Positions 46,975-56,791 of a stretch of 64,000 bases of DNA are shown piece by piece. The DNA is from an uncultured Oscillospiraceae bacterium. Its GTDB lineage: Bacteria > Bacillota > Clostridia > Saccharofermentanales > Fastidiosipilaceae. Positions within the stretch are counted from its first letter, which is position 1. Every line of letters begins with the position of its first letter. Location of the stretch: NCBI GenBank assembly GCA_964574395.1, contig CAZNNL010000002.1, forward strand, positions 2,650 through 66,649, written 5' to 3'. Position numbers and translations under genes: made by a program. The notes under the pieces were generated by a model. The model was not told where the DNA came from and searched no databases. It saw nothing but the letters and a program-made list of their open reading frames with translations.

Positions 46975-47902
46975 AAAGATTGGAATTTGGCAATTTGTTC
47001 CCGAAGCTGCAGGAGAACGTGCAGATGTATATTTGCTAAGACAAATTGAGTTGAAGCGTCCCGGAACGACGAGAGCGCAACTTAAACAATGGTTTAGCGA
47101 TGGTCACATTAGCAGTTTAGGGAAAAGTATAAAAAGCGGAGAAAAAACCCGGATCGGCCGCATGATAGAAGTGCGCCCGCCTCAAGCACCAACAATCGCT
47201 GAATTACCCCTCCCGCAAGCAATGGAGCTTGACATACGCTATGAAGACGACTACCTCTTAGTAATAAATAAGCCTCAAGGACTTGTTGTGCATCCGGCCG
47301 TTGGGCATGCGCAAGACACTCTGGTCAACGGGCTTCTGTATCATTACGGAGAAAATTTGTCCGATGCACAAGGTGTATTTAGGCCAGGCATTGTACATCG
47401 TATTGATAAAGATACGTCCGGCCTCTTGCTTATTGTTAAAGATGTTAAAGTGCATGCCAAACTTGCCAATGCTTTGCGTAAGCATGAAATAAAACGCCAC
47501 TACATGGCCTTAGTGTATGGGCATGTGTCTGCTGAATCAGGGACTATCGATGCACCGATTGGACGTGCGGCAGGGGACCGTCAGAAAATGGCCGTAAGGG
47601 CAGATGGTCGTGCTGCGGTTACACATTTTGCCATTAATGAAAAACTTAGGGGCATGACTTTGCTTGACTTGGATTTAGAGACAGGCAGAACACATCAAAT
47701 CCGTGTTCATTTGAAGTACATTGGACATCCAATCGTAGCCGATTCTGTATATGCACCCAAAGGCAATACTTATGGCTTGAAGGGACAAGCGCTGCACGCT
47801 TCCAGACTCGAATTTGTTCATCCTGTCAGCAACGAAGTAGTAAGAGTTGAAGCAGAACTTCCTAATTATATGCGTGATTTAATCGAGCAAGAGAGACTTT
47901 GA
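46964..47902 (+). CDS. rluD: RluD-type 23S rRNA pseudouridine synthase
   Basis: S4 domain, HRIDKDTSGLLLIVK, GRTHQIRVH. ATG 46964 overlaps the lspA 3' end. Confidence 0.9.
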   Translation: MKNEKIGIWQFVPEAAGERADVYLLRQIELKRPGTTRAQLKQWFSDGHISSLGKSIKSGEKTRIGRMIEVRPPQAPTIAELPLPQAMELDIRYEDDYLLVINKPQGLVVHPAVGHAQDTLVNGLLYHYGENLSDAQGVFRPGIVHRIDKDTSGLLLIVKDVKVHAKLANALRKHEIKRHYMALVYGHVSAESGTIDAPIGRAAGDRQKMAVRADGRAAVTHFAINEKLRGMTLLDLDLETGRTHQIRVHLKYIGHPIVADSVYAPKGNTYGLKGQALHASRLEFVHPVSNEVVRVEAELPNYMRDLIEQERL

Positions 47903-47988
47903 ATGCGCCGCAACAACTTTGTTTAGTGAATAAGTAGTACCGAAAAGTGTACAATTAGACTTACAGTATTTTATGTAAAGGAAAATGG

Positions 47989-48963
47989 ATGGAAGAAAAA
48001 TTATTCATTGATGATATTAATGACTTACGCACGCTGAGCGGCACCTTAAATACTAATTTTCAAGAACTGGAAAAACAGTTGCACGTTCAAATCGAAGCAG
48101 CTGAAGATGGTCTGGCGATAAGAGGTGAGAAAGAACCCGTTGAAGCTGCGCATGCAATTTTAGAAAAAATGCTCCATCTAAAACGCACTGGGATAGCGCC
48201 CGATGCACATGCCGTTCATTATTTAACAGAAAAAGCAGTGGAACAAAAGCTAAGTGACGTGCGGAGTTTTTCGCCCAATACCGTTTGCATAACTGCTAAA
48301 GGCAGGCCGATTAGTAGTAAAACACAAGGACAGACACGGTATATTGAGGCGATGCGTAAAAATGAGGTGACCTTTGCGGTTGGTCCTGCAGGTACTGGCA
48401 AAACTTTCCTCGCCGTCGCCATGGCTGTGCAAGCGTTCAGACAACAAGAGGTCGAGCGCATCATTCTTACGCGCCCAGCGGTTGAGGCTGGTGAAAAGTT
48501 AGGCTTTTTGCCAGGCGATTTACAAACAAAAGTAGACCCCTACATGCGCCCTTTGTATGATGCGTTATTTGAACTGATGGGTGCCGAACAATATACGAAA
48601 AACCTTGAAAAAGGCGTCATCGAAGTCTCGCCTTTGGCTTATATGCGTGGACGCACACTGGATTCTTCTTTTATCATTCTGGATGAAGCTCAGAATACGA
48701 CGATGGAACAAATGAAAATGTTTCTAACCCGAATCGGTTTCAATTCCAAAGCGGTTATTACGGGTGATGTAACCCAAATCGACTTGCCCCATGATAAAAA
48801 ATCTGGACTTAAGGGCGTTAGGCAAATATTAAAAGCTGTAGAGGGGCTAAGCTTCATTGATTTGGACCAAAGCGACGTGGTGCGCAATGGTTTAGTACAG
48901 CGTATCATTAGAGCATATGAAGCGTATGACAAAGGAGGACGCACGCATGGCTCGTTTACCTAA
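47989..48963 (+). CDS. phoH: PhoH-family ATPase
   Basis: Walker A GPAGTGKT, ILDEAQN, ITGDVTQIDLP. Confidence 0.9.
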   Translation: MEEKLFIDDINDLRTLSGTLNTNFQELEKQLHVQIEAAEDGLAIRGEKEPVEAAHAILEKMLHLKRTGIAPDAHAVHYLTEKAVEQKLSDVRSFSPNTVCITAKGRPISSKTQGQTRYIEAMRKNEVTFAVGPAGTGKTFLAVAMAVQAFRQQEVERIILTRPAVEAGEKLGFLPGDLQTKVDPYMRPLYDALFELMGAEQYTKNLEKGVIEVSPLAYMRGRTLDSSFIILDEAQNTTMEQMKMFLTRIGFNSKAVITGDVTQIDLPHDKKSGLKGVRQILKAVEGLSFIDLDQSDVVRNGLVQRIIRAYEAYDKGGRTHGSFT

Positions 48964-51397
48964 ACTCGGTAAGGATAAGCCGAGCATCAGGCCACCTAAG
49001 ACGGCACTAATTAATAGTGACAAAAGTCTGAATAATAAAGTCAATAATGCTGATAATCCAGATGAGTTAACAACAGTCAGCAAGCGTATTCAAGCGTTCT
49101 TTAGTCGCTATATTATCCAGCATCTAGCCGAGATTTTCTTGTATATCTTTTTGGTAGTTGTTTTGACTGGCTTTACATACATTGTCTCTTTGCCACAGCG
49201 CTACAGCATTCAGATTGGAGATGTTTCACCGGTTGACATAACATCTACTAGGGACATTGTAGATCGAGAGACAACTAATCGCCGTGCCGAACAAGCCGCA
49301 ATAAATGTTCCTCAAGTTTACAAGCGTGCAGTAGAGGAGTCCGATGCCTCCGTGGGACGCGTGCAAACATTCTATGCAATTGTTGATCAAACGCGTACTG
49401 AACTGAGAGAAATTGCTACGCCAAAAGAAACCACAAGTACTGTGGCACCAACAACAGCAAGCAATCCACCTAGTACTACGGAAGCTCCACCGGCAGGTGG
49501 CGGGGGCGGTGATATTACAAGCGAAACAAGCGGGGCGGCTGCGGTTGCAGAAACAACAGTGGCTGTTACTGAAACAACGGTAAGTGTGGCAGCGACTACT
49601 ATTCCCGTAAGCTACACAACGGCTCAGATTGATCAATATGCACAGATACTAATAGCGCGCACAAAATCTCAGTTGGGACTCGAACTTCTGACACAACATG
49701 CAACGATGCTGGTCAGCTTAGAAGATTCTTTTTACCAAAGCATTAAAGAACAGTCCATAACGATCGCACAACAAATCATGAGCGAAGCACATGATAGTGC
49801 AGGCTTAAATACGCAAATTGAGGCGCGTGTTAAAGCGCTGACATCAAGTGTTAATGTTTACATCAATGAGTACGCCACCGTGGCAAATGTCTTAACAGCC
49901 TTCCTTAGACCAAACATTGTTTTAGATGAAGAAGCTACGGTTAAAGCGCGCGAAGCAGAGAGTGCGCGTATTTTTAACAATCCCACCATGATTCCTGCTG
50001 GTACAAGAATCCTTAATGTCGGTGATGTAATCGATGTAAAAACATATGAATACCTTGAAGAGTTGAACCTCATTCAGCAGCCAGGGATAGAGTATTCTTT
50101 ACTATTACAGATTTTGATTCTTATAAGCGTTATCGTTTTGTCTATTATTCTGTTTTTAGTACTACGGCTAAAAGCCCAAGCAGCAAGTAATCGCGATTTG
50201 CTTTTGATAGGAATTACAATACTAGTAACTTATGTACTAGCCGCATTCCTTAGTAAATTCTCTGTTTATGCAGCTCCAATCTATTTCTTGGCCATCGTAC
50301 TAACTATTCATTTCAGCTTTGAAATTGGCTTTATTATTGCAGTATTGACTACCATAGCCTCTATCCCTTTCATTCCCACGCCTGGAGCACTCTTTCCCAT
50401 ACTGTTTGGACTTTTTTGTATTGCGCTCATGACCGAAGAACTCAGCAAGCTGAGAAGCACGGCTTGGCTTATTGCAATCTCAATTTTTAGTCCTGGTCTC
50501 ATGGTTACCATCTATGGTGCCTTAGTCAAAAATCCATGGGGAACCATTGGCCAAAATGCGCTCATAGCAGGACTTTGTGGTGGTCTCTGTGCCGTCGCCG
50601 CACTGGGTATTCAACCAGTTTTAGAGATGCTAAGTTCATCGGTATCTGCCACCCATTTGATTAAACTCGCTCAACCTAGTCAGCCCTTACTAAGACGACT
50701 GTTTTTGGAAGCGCCTGGTACTTATCAGCATTCCATGATGGTTGCTAACTTAGCAGAAAAGGGTGCGGAAGTCATTGGTGCTGATTCACTCCTTGTACGT
50801 GTTGGTGCATACTATCATGATATTGGCAAAATGGATCACCCCGAAGTTTTCACCGAGAACCAAACCGACTATAATCCACATGACTACTTGAGTCCGGAAG
50901 AAAGCGTAGCGCTCATTATTGGCCATGTAGAGGGCGGATTAAAAACAGCCAGGCGTCATAGATTGCCTTTGCCATTACAAAATTTCATCAAAGAGCATCA
51001 TGGTAATACCTTGCAAGCCTCCTTCTTCTACAAAGTGCAAGAAGAAGCCGAAGAACGTGGTGAAGTAGCCCCTAACGAAGATGACTATCGTTATCCCTGG
51101 CCCATACCAAGTTCAAAAGAGACGGCAATAGTTATGCTAGCCGATTCACTTGAAGCCGCAATTCGTTCAACGCAGACGAAGGACTTGGCTGGTGCAGAAA
51201 AAGTTGCGCGCAACATTGTAAAAATCAAAAATGAACAAAACCAACTGATAAATTCAGGCTTGTCCTATCAAGAAGTCGAAGAACTTGTACTATCCTTTGT
51301 ACAGACTTATCAGGGGCAGTTCCACGAAAGAGTGAGGTATCCGGATGCACGTCCAGTTTCTAAACACCCAAAGCAAATACAGCCTTCAAACACATAA
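48947..51397 (+). CDS. pgpH: 7TM-HD membrane phosphohydrolase (YqfF/PgpH-like)
   Basis: Extracellular N-domain, 7 TM helices and an HD domain (HSMMVANLAE ... YYHDIGK ... EHHG). ATG 48947 lies behind AAAGGAGG. Confidence 0.85.
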   Translation: MARLPKLGKDKPSIRPPKTALINSDKSLNNKVNNADNPDELTTVSKRIQAFFSRYIIQHLAEIFLYIFLVVVLTGFTYIVSLPQRYSIQIGDVSPVDITSTRDIVDRETTNRRAEQAAINVPQVYKRAVEESDASVGRVQTFYAIVDQTRTELREIATPKETTSTVAPTTASNPPSTTEAPPAGGGGGDITSETSGAAAVAETTVAVTETTVSVAATTIPVSYTTAQIDQYAQILIARTKSQLGLELLTQHATMLVSLEDSFYQSIKEQSITIAQQIMSEAHDSAGLNTQIEARVKALTSSVNVYINEYATVANVLTAFLRPNIVLDEEATVKAREAESARIFNNPTMIPAGTRILNVGDVIDVKTYEYLEELNLIQQPGIEYSLLLQILILISVIVLSIILFLVLRLKAQAASNRDLLLIGITILVTYVLAAFLSKFSVYAAPIYFLAIVLTIHFSFEIGFIIAVLTTIASIPFIPTPGALFPILFGLFCIALMTEELSKLRSTAWLIAISIFSPGLMVTIYGALVKNPWGTIGQNALIAGLCGGLCAVAALGIQPVLEMLSSSVSATHLIKLAQPSQPLLRRLFLEAPGTYQHSMMVANLAEKGAEVIGADSLLVRVGAYYHDIGKMDHPEVFTENQTDYNPHDYLSPEESVALIIGHVEGGLKTARRHRLPLPLQNFIKEHHGNTLQASFFYKVQEEAEERGEVAPNEDDYRYPWPIPSSKETAIVMLADSLEAAIRSTQTKDLAGAEKVARNIVKIKNEQNQLINSGLSYQEVEELVLSFVQTYQGQFHERVRYPDARPVSKHPKQIQPSNT

Positions 51398-52931
51398 AGA
51401 ACAGCTTACCAAGGCTTTAAACACAGCCTGGGATAGTATTCCCGCATCTTCGAAGAAGCCTTTAAAAGATGTCGAACCTGAGCTAAGTCTCAGCTTTGTC
51501 GGTCCTAGGCAGATAAAAAAACTTAACCAAGAAGCGCGGGGCGTTAATGAAACTACCGATGTCTTGTCCTTTCCATTGCATACGTTTAATGCCGGAAAAT
51601 CTCCGATAAATTTGGATGCCGCAAGCTTTTATCCGGCTGATGAGACAGCTATGCGTGGAGACGACTTTGCTGAAGCGCAGCTTGAAGGCGGTGAGAAGCT
51701 TGCCATAAACCTTGGCGACATCGTCTTGTGCCCAGAGCGCGCACTAGATCAAGCAAACACATATGGGCATAGTTTTGAAAGAGAATTAATTTTCCTGGCC
51801 GTGCACGGCTTTTTACATCTTGTTGGCTACGATCATGAGGACAAGGCTTCTGAAAATAAAATGCGAAAGCTGCAAACAAGCCTCATGGATAAACTAGGCT
51901 ATGCGTTGTTAGATGAGCACACGGTAAAAAGCGCACAAATCTCAGAAAACGATTTGAACACTAGTGTTTACAATACGCCTAAAGGGTTTAAGTCGGGTTT
52001 TATTGCGATTGTTGGACGGCCGAATGCTGGAAAATCGACTCTGTTGAATCAACTAAGCGGAGAATATCTAGCAATCATTTCTCACAAAGCACAAACAACA
52101 CGCAGCAATATTCGTAGCATCATCGACAGCGACGAAGCACAATGCATTTTTATTGACACGCCTGGACTGCACAGCCCTAAACACAAGTTAGGCAACTTTA
52201 TGATGGAAGGTGCAAAGTCAGCAATCCACGACAGTGACGTCGTACTGCTTCTTTTAGACGCCTCCAAGCGCTATCTTACGCAACATGAGCTCGAACTTGC
52301 CAAAGAGGCTGATGCGGCTGGTAAACCTGTAATTCTGGCTATCAATAAAATCGACTTAATAGATAAATTGGACCTTTTGCCACTCATCGACCGGCTCTCA
52401 AAAGAACTTGGTTTTCAGGCCATTGTTCCGATTTCTGCTTTGACTGGTGATGGTGCAACCCTATTGATGGACCAGATTGTCAAGTATTTACCTGAAGGCC
52501 CTCGCTTTTATTCTGCTGACGACTATACGGACCAGACTGAACGTCAATTAGCCGCAGAACTTATTCGCGAAAAGATACTGCGTTTTACTAACCAAGAAAT
52601 CCCTCATGGAACTGGAGTCATCATAACGAGCTTTGATGAAAGCTTCATTGAAGGCGCAGAAGATGCTTATGCTCGTAGCCTCGTAAAAATAACCGCTGAT
52701 ATTCTCTGTGAACGAGAAACACATAAAATTATTTTAATTGGCAAAAACGGCACCATGCTAAAACGCATCGGCAGTTCCGCACGTATTTCTATCGAAGAAA
52801 TGTTAGCTTGTAAAGTCTTCTTAAAACTATTTGTTAAAGTGCGTCCAGACTGGCGTAATCGCTCTGCCATTCTCAATGACCTTGGATATCAGCTCTCCAA
52901 AGAAGAAAAAGCAAGTAGAAAGAAAAAATAA
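51345..52931 (+). CDS. YbeY endoribonuclease - Era GTPase fusion protein
   Basis: A single uninterrupted 528-codon ORF. The YbeY zinc motif HGFLHLVGYDHED is at 51804-51842. The Era P-loop GRPNAGKST is at 52013-52039, followed by DTPG, NKID and the C-terminal KH domain. Confidence 0.9.
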   Translation: MHVQFLNTQSKYSLQTHKEQLTKALNTAWDSIPASSKKPLKDVEPELSLSFVGPRQIKKLNQEARGVNETTDVLSFPLHTFNAGKSPINLDAASFYPADETAMRGDDFAEAQLEGGEKLAINLGDIVLCPERALDQANTYGHSFERELIFLAVHGFLHLVGYDHEDKASENKMRKLQTSLMDKLGYALLDEHTVKSAQISENDLNTSVYNTPKGFKSGFIAIVGRPNAGKSTLLNQLSGEYLAIISHKAQTTRSNIRSIIDSDEAQCIFIDTPGLHSPKHKLGNFMMEGAKSAIHDSDVVLLLLDASKRYLTQHELELAKEADAAGKPVILAINKIDLIDKLDLLPLIDRLSKELGFQAIVPISALTGDGATLLMDQIVKYLPEGPRFYSADDYTDQTERQLAAELIREKILRFTNQEIPHGTGVIITSFDESFIEGAEDAYARSLVKITADILCERETHKIILIGKNGTMLKRIGSSARISIEEMLACKVFLKLFVKVRPDWRNRSAILNDLGYQLSKEEKASRKKK

Positions 52932-52934
52932 ACG

Positions 52935-53768
52935 ATGAGCCAAGTCACCGTCAAAGCGTTGATTCTTCGTTCCAATCCTGCCACAGAGAATGACCGATAT
53001 GTCAGGCTACTGAGTAGTGAATACGGTTTAATCGAGGCCTATGCCAGAGGTGCACTACGTTCAAAAAGCAAATTGCTTGCGACGACTGAAGCATTCAGCC
53101 TCTGCGAATTTAATCTGTTTACTAACAAAGAAAAGTACTACGTGAACCAAGCGAATTTCGTGTATCCTTTTGCCAAACTTAAAAAGAACATTGAGGCTCT
53201 GACAGCCGCGGCTCACTTATCGGATATTGCCATAGACGTTAGTCAAAGTTTAGAACAGTTTGAAGCGCTATATCAATTAATGGTTTATGGTTTTTACGCA
53301 CTCGAACAAGCTGTAGAGCGGAGTGCTGAAGCGCTTCTGGCAGCAACACATGCCGGAGAGATACGCTTATTAGCCTTGGCTGGTTATCCGCTTGAGTTTG
53401 CACCTTGTTCCCATTGTTCACTGGCTTTGGACGAAATAAAGAATGTCTATTTTAGTTTTCCGCGTATGCAGTTTGTTTGTGAAGGTGAAGCTAAGCAATC
53501 ATTTAGGACACCTACATCTTCTATTACAAGACCATCATGGGAAAGAGCGGCAGACCTGTATTTAGGGCAAGCTGTGTGGCCAGTCTCCCAGGGTTTGCTC
53601 GAGGCACTACGCTTTTTTTCAGCCGCTCCTGTGCAGCGCTTGTTTTCATTTTCTGTTAGTAAAGAACTCGAAAGAGAGCTCGCGGCTTTTACCCAGGCCT
53701 ATTTAATGGCTTCATTAGAGAAAAACTACAAGCGTCTTGAATTCTTGTTTCAGCTCACAGGTATCTAA
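52935..53768 (+). CDS. recO: DNA repair protein RecO
   Basis: OB-fold N-terminus (KALILRSNPATENDRYVRLLS) and a Cys cluster (CSHCS ... C). It sits after era. Confidence 0.8.
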   Translation: MSQVTVKALILRSNPATENDRYVRLLSSEYGLIEAYARGALRSKSKLLATTEAFSLCEFNLFTNKEKYYVNQANFVYPFAKLKKNIEALTAAAHLSDIAIDVSQSLEQFEALYQLMVYGFYALEQAVERSAEALLAATHAGEIRLLALAGYPLEFAPCSHCSLALDEIKNVYFSFPRMQFVCEGEAKQSFRTPTSSITRPSWERAADLYLGQAVWPVSQGLLEALRFFSAAPVQRLFSFSVSKELERELAAFTQAYLMASLEKNYKRLEFLFQLTGI

Positions 53769-53779
53769 TTGTGTGTTTA

Positions 53780-56302
53780 TCACTCGTAATCTGGCACTTC
53801 GAGAAGTGCTTTTTTTAAGTCTTCTAAACTTGAAATATACACAGGATTCCATTCCTCTGGAAATAGTTGTCGATAATCGGGGCGGGCGTAGCGTTGATCA
53901 AGCAAAAGAATCAAGCCTTTATCGTTTTCGCTGCGAATAAGTCGACCAGCAGCCTGCATGATTTTGTTGAAGCCAGGGAATTGATAGGCGTACTGGTAGC
54001 CTTGATGGTTTACTTCGTTATAGTATTCTTTCATAAGCTCTCGTTCCGGTGAAATCTGGGGAATTCCTGTTCCCACAATAATGACACCGTTTAAGCGTTC
54101 TCCCGTCAAATCGATACCTTCGCCAAATATCCCGCCCAATATTGCTAGGCCAAGTAGACTTCGTGTGTTGTCACTGTAGTCGAATTTTGCCAAAAAAGCG
54201 CGTTTGTTTGTGTCATTCATGCCACGATTTTGAACTATGGTATCAACCGGTCTATCTTTGAAAATGCGTGAAAACAAGGGCAGAGCACTTTCCAGATAAG
54301 CATAAGACGGAAAGAATAATAAATATTTTCCAGGCCTTGCCAAAAGCGTGTTGGAGACAAGTTTTACAAGTGTCGTCAAGCTATTCTTGCGTTCTTGGTA
54401 GGTAGTTTGAATTTGGTCATATACATAAAGCGCTAGATTCTCTGGCGGAAAAGGGGAGGGAAGAATAAGTGTATCGGGTTTGTCATCACGAGCATGTCCA
54501 CAGAATGCGGATGAAAAATAGGGCAAAGGTGACAATGTAGCAGAAAAGAATACCGCAGCATGCTGATCTCTATAGAGTGCGATAAGGCGATTGGATGCAT
54601 CTAAACACAATAAACGCAATTGCAATTCATCTTTATTAAGCTCTGCAGCGAAGACATAATGCTGATTATAAAACTCGTCTGCGACACGCAGAAAAAATAA
54701 AGCAGAAAAATGAAAGTCCAAGACTTCACGTTTTTTTAGCAAATCGGGTATGTCATCTAAGACTTCACGCAAGACAAAACTGAGTCCCCTCAAGGTTTTG
54801 ATGAAATTAGGGGCTGCTTGCCTCATGGCGCGAAAGCTATCTGTCTGCAGAATTGCGTTTGCATCAACATCTTTTTCCAACACATCGAAGGCTGCCTGCT
54901 GAAGTTTGATTGCAGCTTTGAGGGCGTCAATGTAACGCATTAAGGGGAAAAAGTAGCGCTCTTGATCGCCTAAAAACTCTTTTATCACACTTGCGGCTTT
55001 GTTTACTTGCGTTTCAGTCAGTGTTGCGCTGTACATTTCTCTCATACGATCAGGCAGGTTGTGTGCTTCGTCTATAAGTAGGGCGAAATGAGCTTGCGGC
55101 ATGTTGAAAAAGCGTTGTAGGCGCACACGCGGGTCAAATGCGTGGTTGTAATCTCCAATAATGACATCACAGTACAAAGCTGCATCAAGGGAGAGTTCAA
55201 AGGGACAAAGTCGGTATTTTTGGCCCATTTCTTGCACTAATTCTGCGTTGATTGTGAAATTTAGCAACAACTCAGAAAGCCCAGCTTGTAAGTTGTTGTA
55301 ATAAGAAGTGGCATACGGGCAAATCCGTGTGTCACAGTAGAGCTCAGGAGCTAAGCAAAGCTGTTCTTTAGCGGTAAGCGTTAATCGACGGAGAGCAAAT
55401 CTGCCTTCAGTTAGGTCGCTCAGCGCTTCTTCAGCTACCATGCGTGTTGAGGTTTTAGCTGTTAGATAAAAAATCTGCTCAACGAGATGCGCACCGAGTG
55501 CCTTAACGCTGGGATAGAGGGTGGACATCGTTTTGCCAGTACCTGTTGGTGCTTGGACCAGAAGTGGAGTACGAGAACGAAGGTTTTTGAGGACCTGTTG
55601 CATAAAGATTTTCTGACCATCGCGCAGCTGGGGGTAGGGGAAACGCAATTGCTTGATATCACGGTCTCGGCGTGCACGATAGTCGCGAAAGTCTCTGGCA
55701 AAATCTAGATAGCGCACAGCGGTCATTTCGAACCATTCTTCGAGTGCCGCAAAAGATTCGCGTCTCTCGAGCTGAAAGCTTTGCAAGTCCTCGCTAGAAA
55801 CGTAGGCAAGTTTATACAGCCTTTCTTGCCTGGCAAAATCGGTAATGAGCTTTTGTCGCGTTACGTCATCATCTAGAGGGAGCGCATCAATTAGACTTTG
55901 TCTTTCCTCTAAAGCATACATGTAGCAGTACATTTTACACTGTGCCCAATGGAGGGTTTCGCCTCGCGTTGACAACTCTGCAACGGGTATACTGACCGAC
56001 TTAACTTCGATGATGTATGCGCCACCGTCATTTTTGGCCAGGACGTCGGCACGCCCTTGAATGCGCATAGAGAAGTCGCCGCTCGTATAATCTGCTTTCA
56101 GACTATACTCGGTGTTGACTTGCGTGTCAGGTGCTTGCTTTTTAAGTTTATGAAAAAAAGCTTGGTGCACCCTCGTGCCTTCCGCACCGCTCACGTCTGA
56201 GAACGTCAGCGGCGATAGACCGCCATCTTGATGCACAAAAGAAACGAGTTGTGTAACGCTTATGACAACGTCTGGTTTGATGATGATAGGTGATTTTGGC
56301 AA
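53780..56302 (-). CDS. XPD/DinG-family (DEAH, Fe-S) DNA helicase with N-terminal PD-(D/E)XK nuclease domain
   Basis: Nuclease motifs GRADVL, IIEVKS and QCKMYCYMY lie in the first ~140 aa. They are followed by Walker A QAPTGTGKT, a four-Cys region (CLAPELYCDTRICPY ... CPFE ... YCD), DEAHNL and a C-terminal helicase domain (QAAGRLIR). Confidence 0.8.
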   Translation of the reverse strand: MPKSPIIIKPDVVISVTQLVSFVHQDGGLSPLTFSDVSGAEGTRVHQAFFHKLKKQAPDTQVNTEYSLKADYTSGDFSMRIQGRADVLAKNDGGAYIIEVKSVSIPVAELSTRGETLHWAQCKMYCYMYALEERQSLIDALPLDDDVTRQKLITDFARQERLYKLAYVSSEDLQSFQLERRESFAALEEWFEMTAVRYLDFARDFRDYRARRDRDIKQLRFPYPQLRDGQKIFMQQVLKNLRSRTPLLVQAPTGTGKTMSTLYPSVKALGAHLVEQIFYLTAKTSTRMVAEEALSDLTEGRFALRRLTLTAKEQLCLAPELYCDTRICPYATSYYNNLQAGLSELLLNFTINAELVQEMGQKYRLCPFELSLDAALYCDVIIGDYNHAFDPRVRLQRFFNMPQAHFALLIDEAHNLPDRMREMYSATLTETQVNKAASVIKEFLGDQERYFFPLMRYIDALKAAIKLQQAAFDVLEKDVDANAILQTDSFRAMRQAAPNFIKTLRGLSFVLREVLDDIPDLLKKREVLDFHFSALFFLRVADEFYNQHYVFAAELNKDELQLRLLCLDASNRLIALYRDQHAAVFFSATLSPLPYFSSAFCGHARDDKPDTLILPSPFPPENLALYVYDQIQTTYQERKNSLTTLVKLVSNTLLARPGKYLLFFPSYAYLESALPLFSRIFKDRPVDTIVQNRGMNDTNKRAFLAKFDYSDNTRSLLGLAILGGIFGEGIDLTGERLNGVIIVGTGIPQISPERELMKEYYNEVNHQGYQYAYQFPGFNKIMQAAGRLIRSENDKGLILLLDQRYARPDYRQLFPEEWNPVYISSLEDLKKALLEVPDYE

Positions 56303-56362
56303 AACATGCTCCTACTATTCTGATTCTTATATATGCAGTATACCGCGAGACCAAGAAAAGTT

Positions 56363-56392
56363 AAAAAAACTGCCAAGCATCGCTCAGCAGTT
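56363..56392 (-). terminator. weak intrinsic terminator after the small ORF
   Basis: On the minus strand, AACTGC-13 nt-GCAGTT followed by TTTTTTT. Confidence 0.4.
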
Positions 56393-56419
56393 CAGAAAAT
56401 TATGTAGATTTATATAGTC

Positions 56420-56653
56420 TTAGATCCCCATCATGTATTGCATGAGGCAAGGAACTTCATTTGGATTGGAAAGGCTGATTCTTAAACCAGTAGTGCCAGG
56501 CTTAATCATCTTGAGCATTTGATGTGCCGTTGCGCTATGCTTCAAACTACATCTTGAATCATCGGGCAAATGCAAATATACTTCCCCTTGAATTCCACTC
56601 ACTTCTGATAGAAAACGCTCCATATTTGGTATCCACATTATATTTAACATCAT
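56420..56653 (-). CDS. small hypothetical protein (77 aa)
   Basis: Strong SD AAAGGAG 6 nt before ATG 56653, with a T-run hairpin downstream. It is divergent from the AraC gene. I recognise no confident family. Confidence 0.45.
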   Translation of the reverse strand: MMLNIMWIPNMERFLSEVSGIQGEVYLHLPDDSRCSLKHSATAHQMLKMIKPGTTGLRISLSNPNEVPCLMQYMMGI

Positions 56654-56791
56654 CAAGTTCTCCTTTGCTTTTGTTGGTTTAGATGTTTTTGTTTTGCCAT
56701 CCGCTTAATAAAAATATACCATCATTTATGGCGTTGAAATAGCATGAAACAAGCGATATACTAAGACAAAACCGTCATAAGTGAGGGAAAC

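Noticed and set aside
49226-49636. 136-codon Cys-rich ORF on the minus strand
   Set aside because: It is the antisense reading of the Thr/Ala-rich repeat region of the PgpH-like gene, so it is a compositional artefact.
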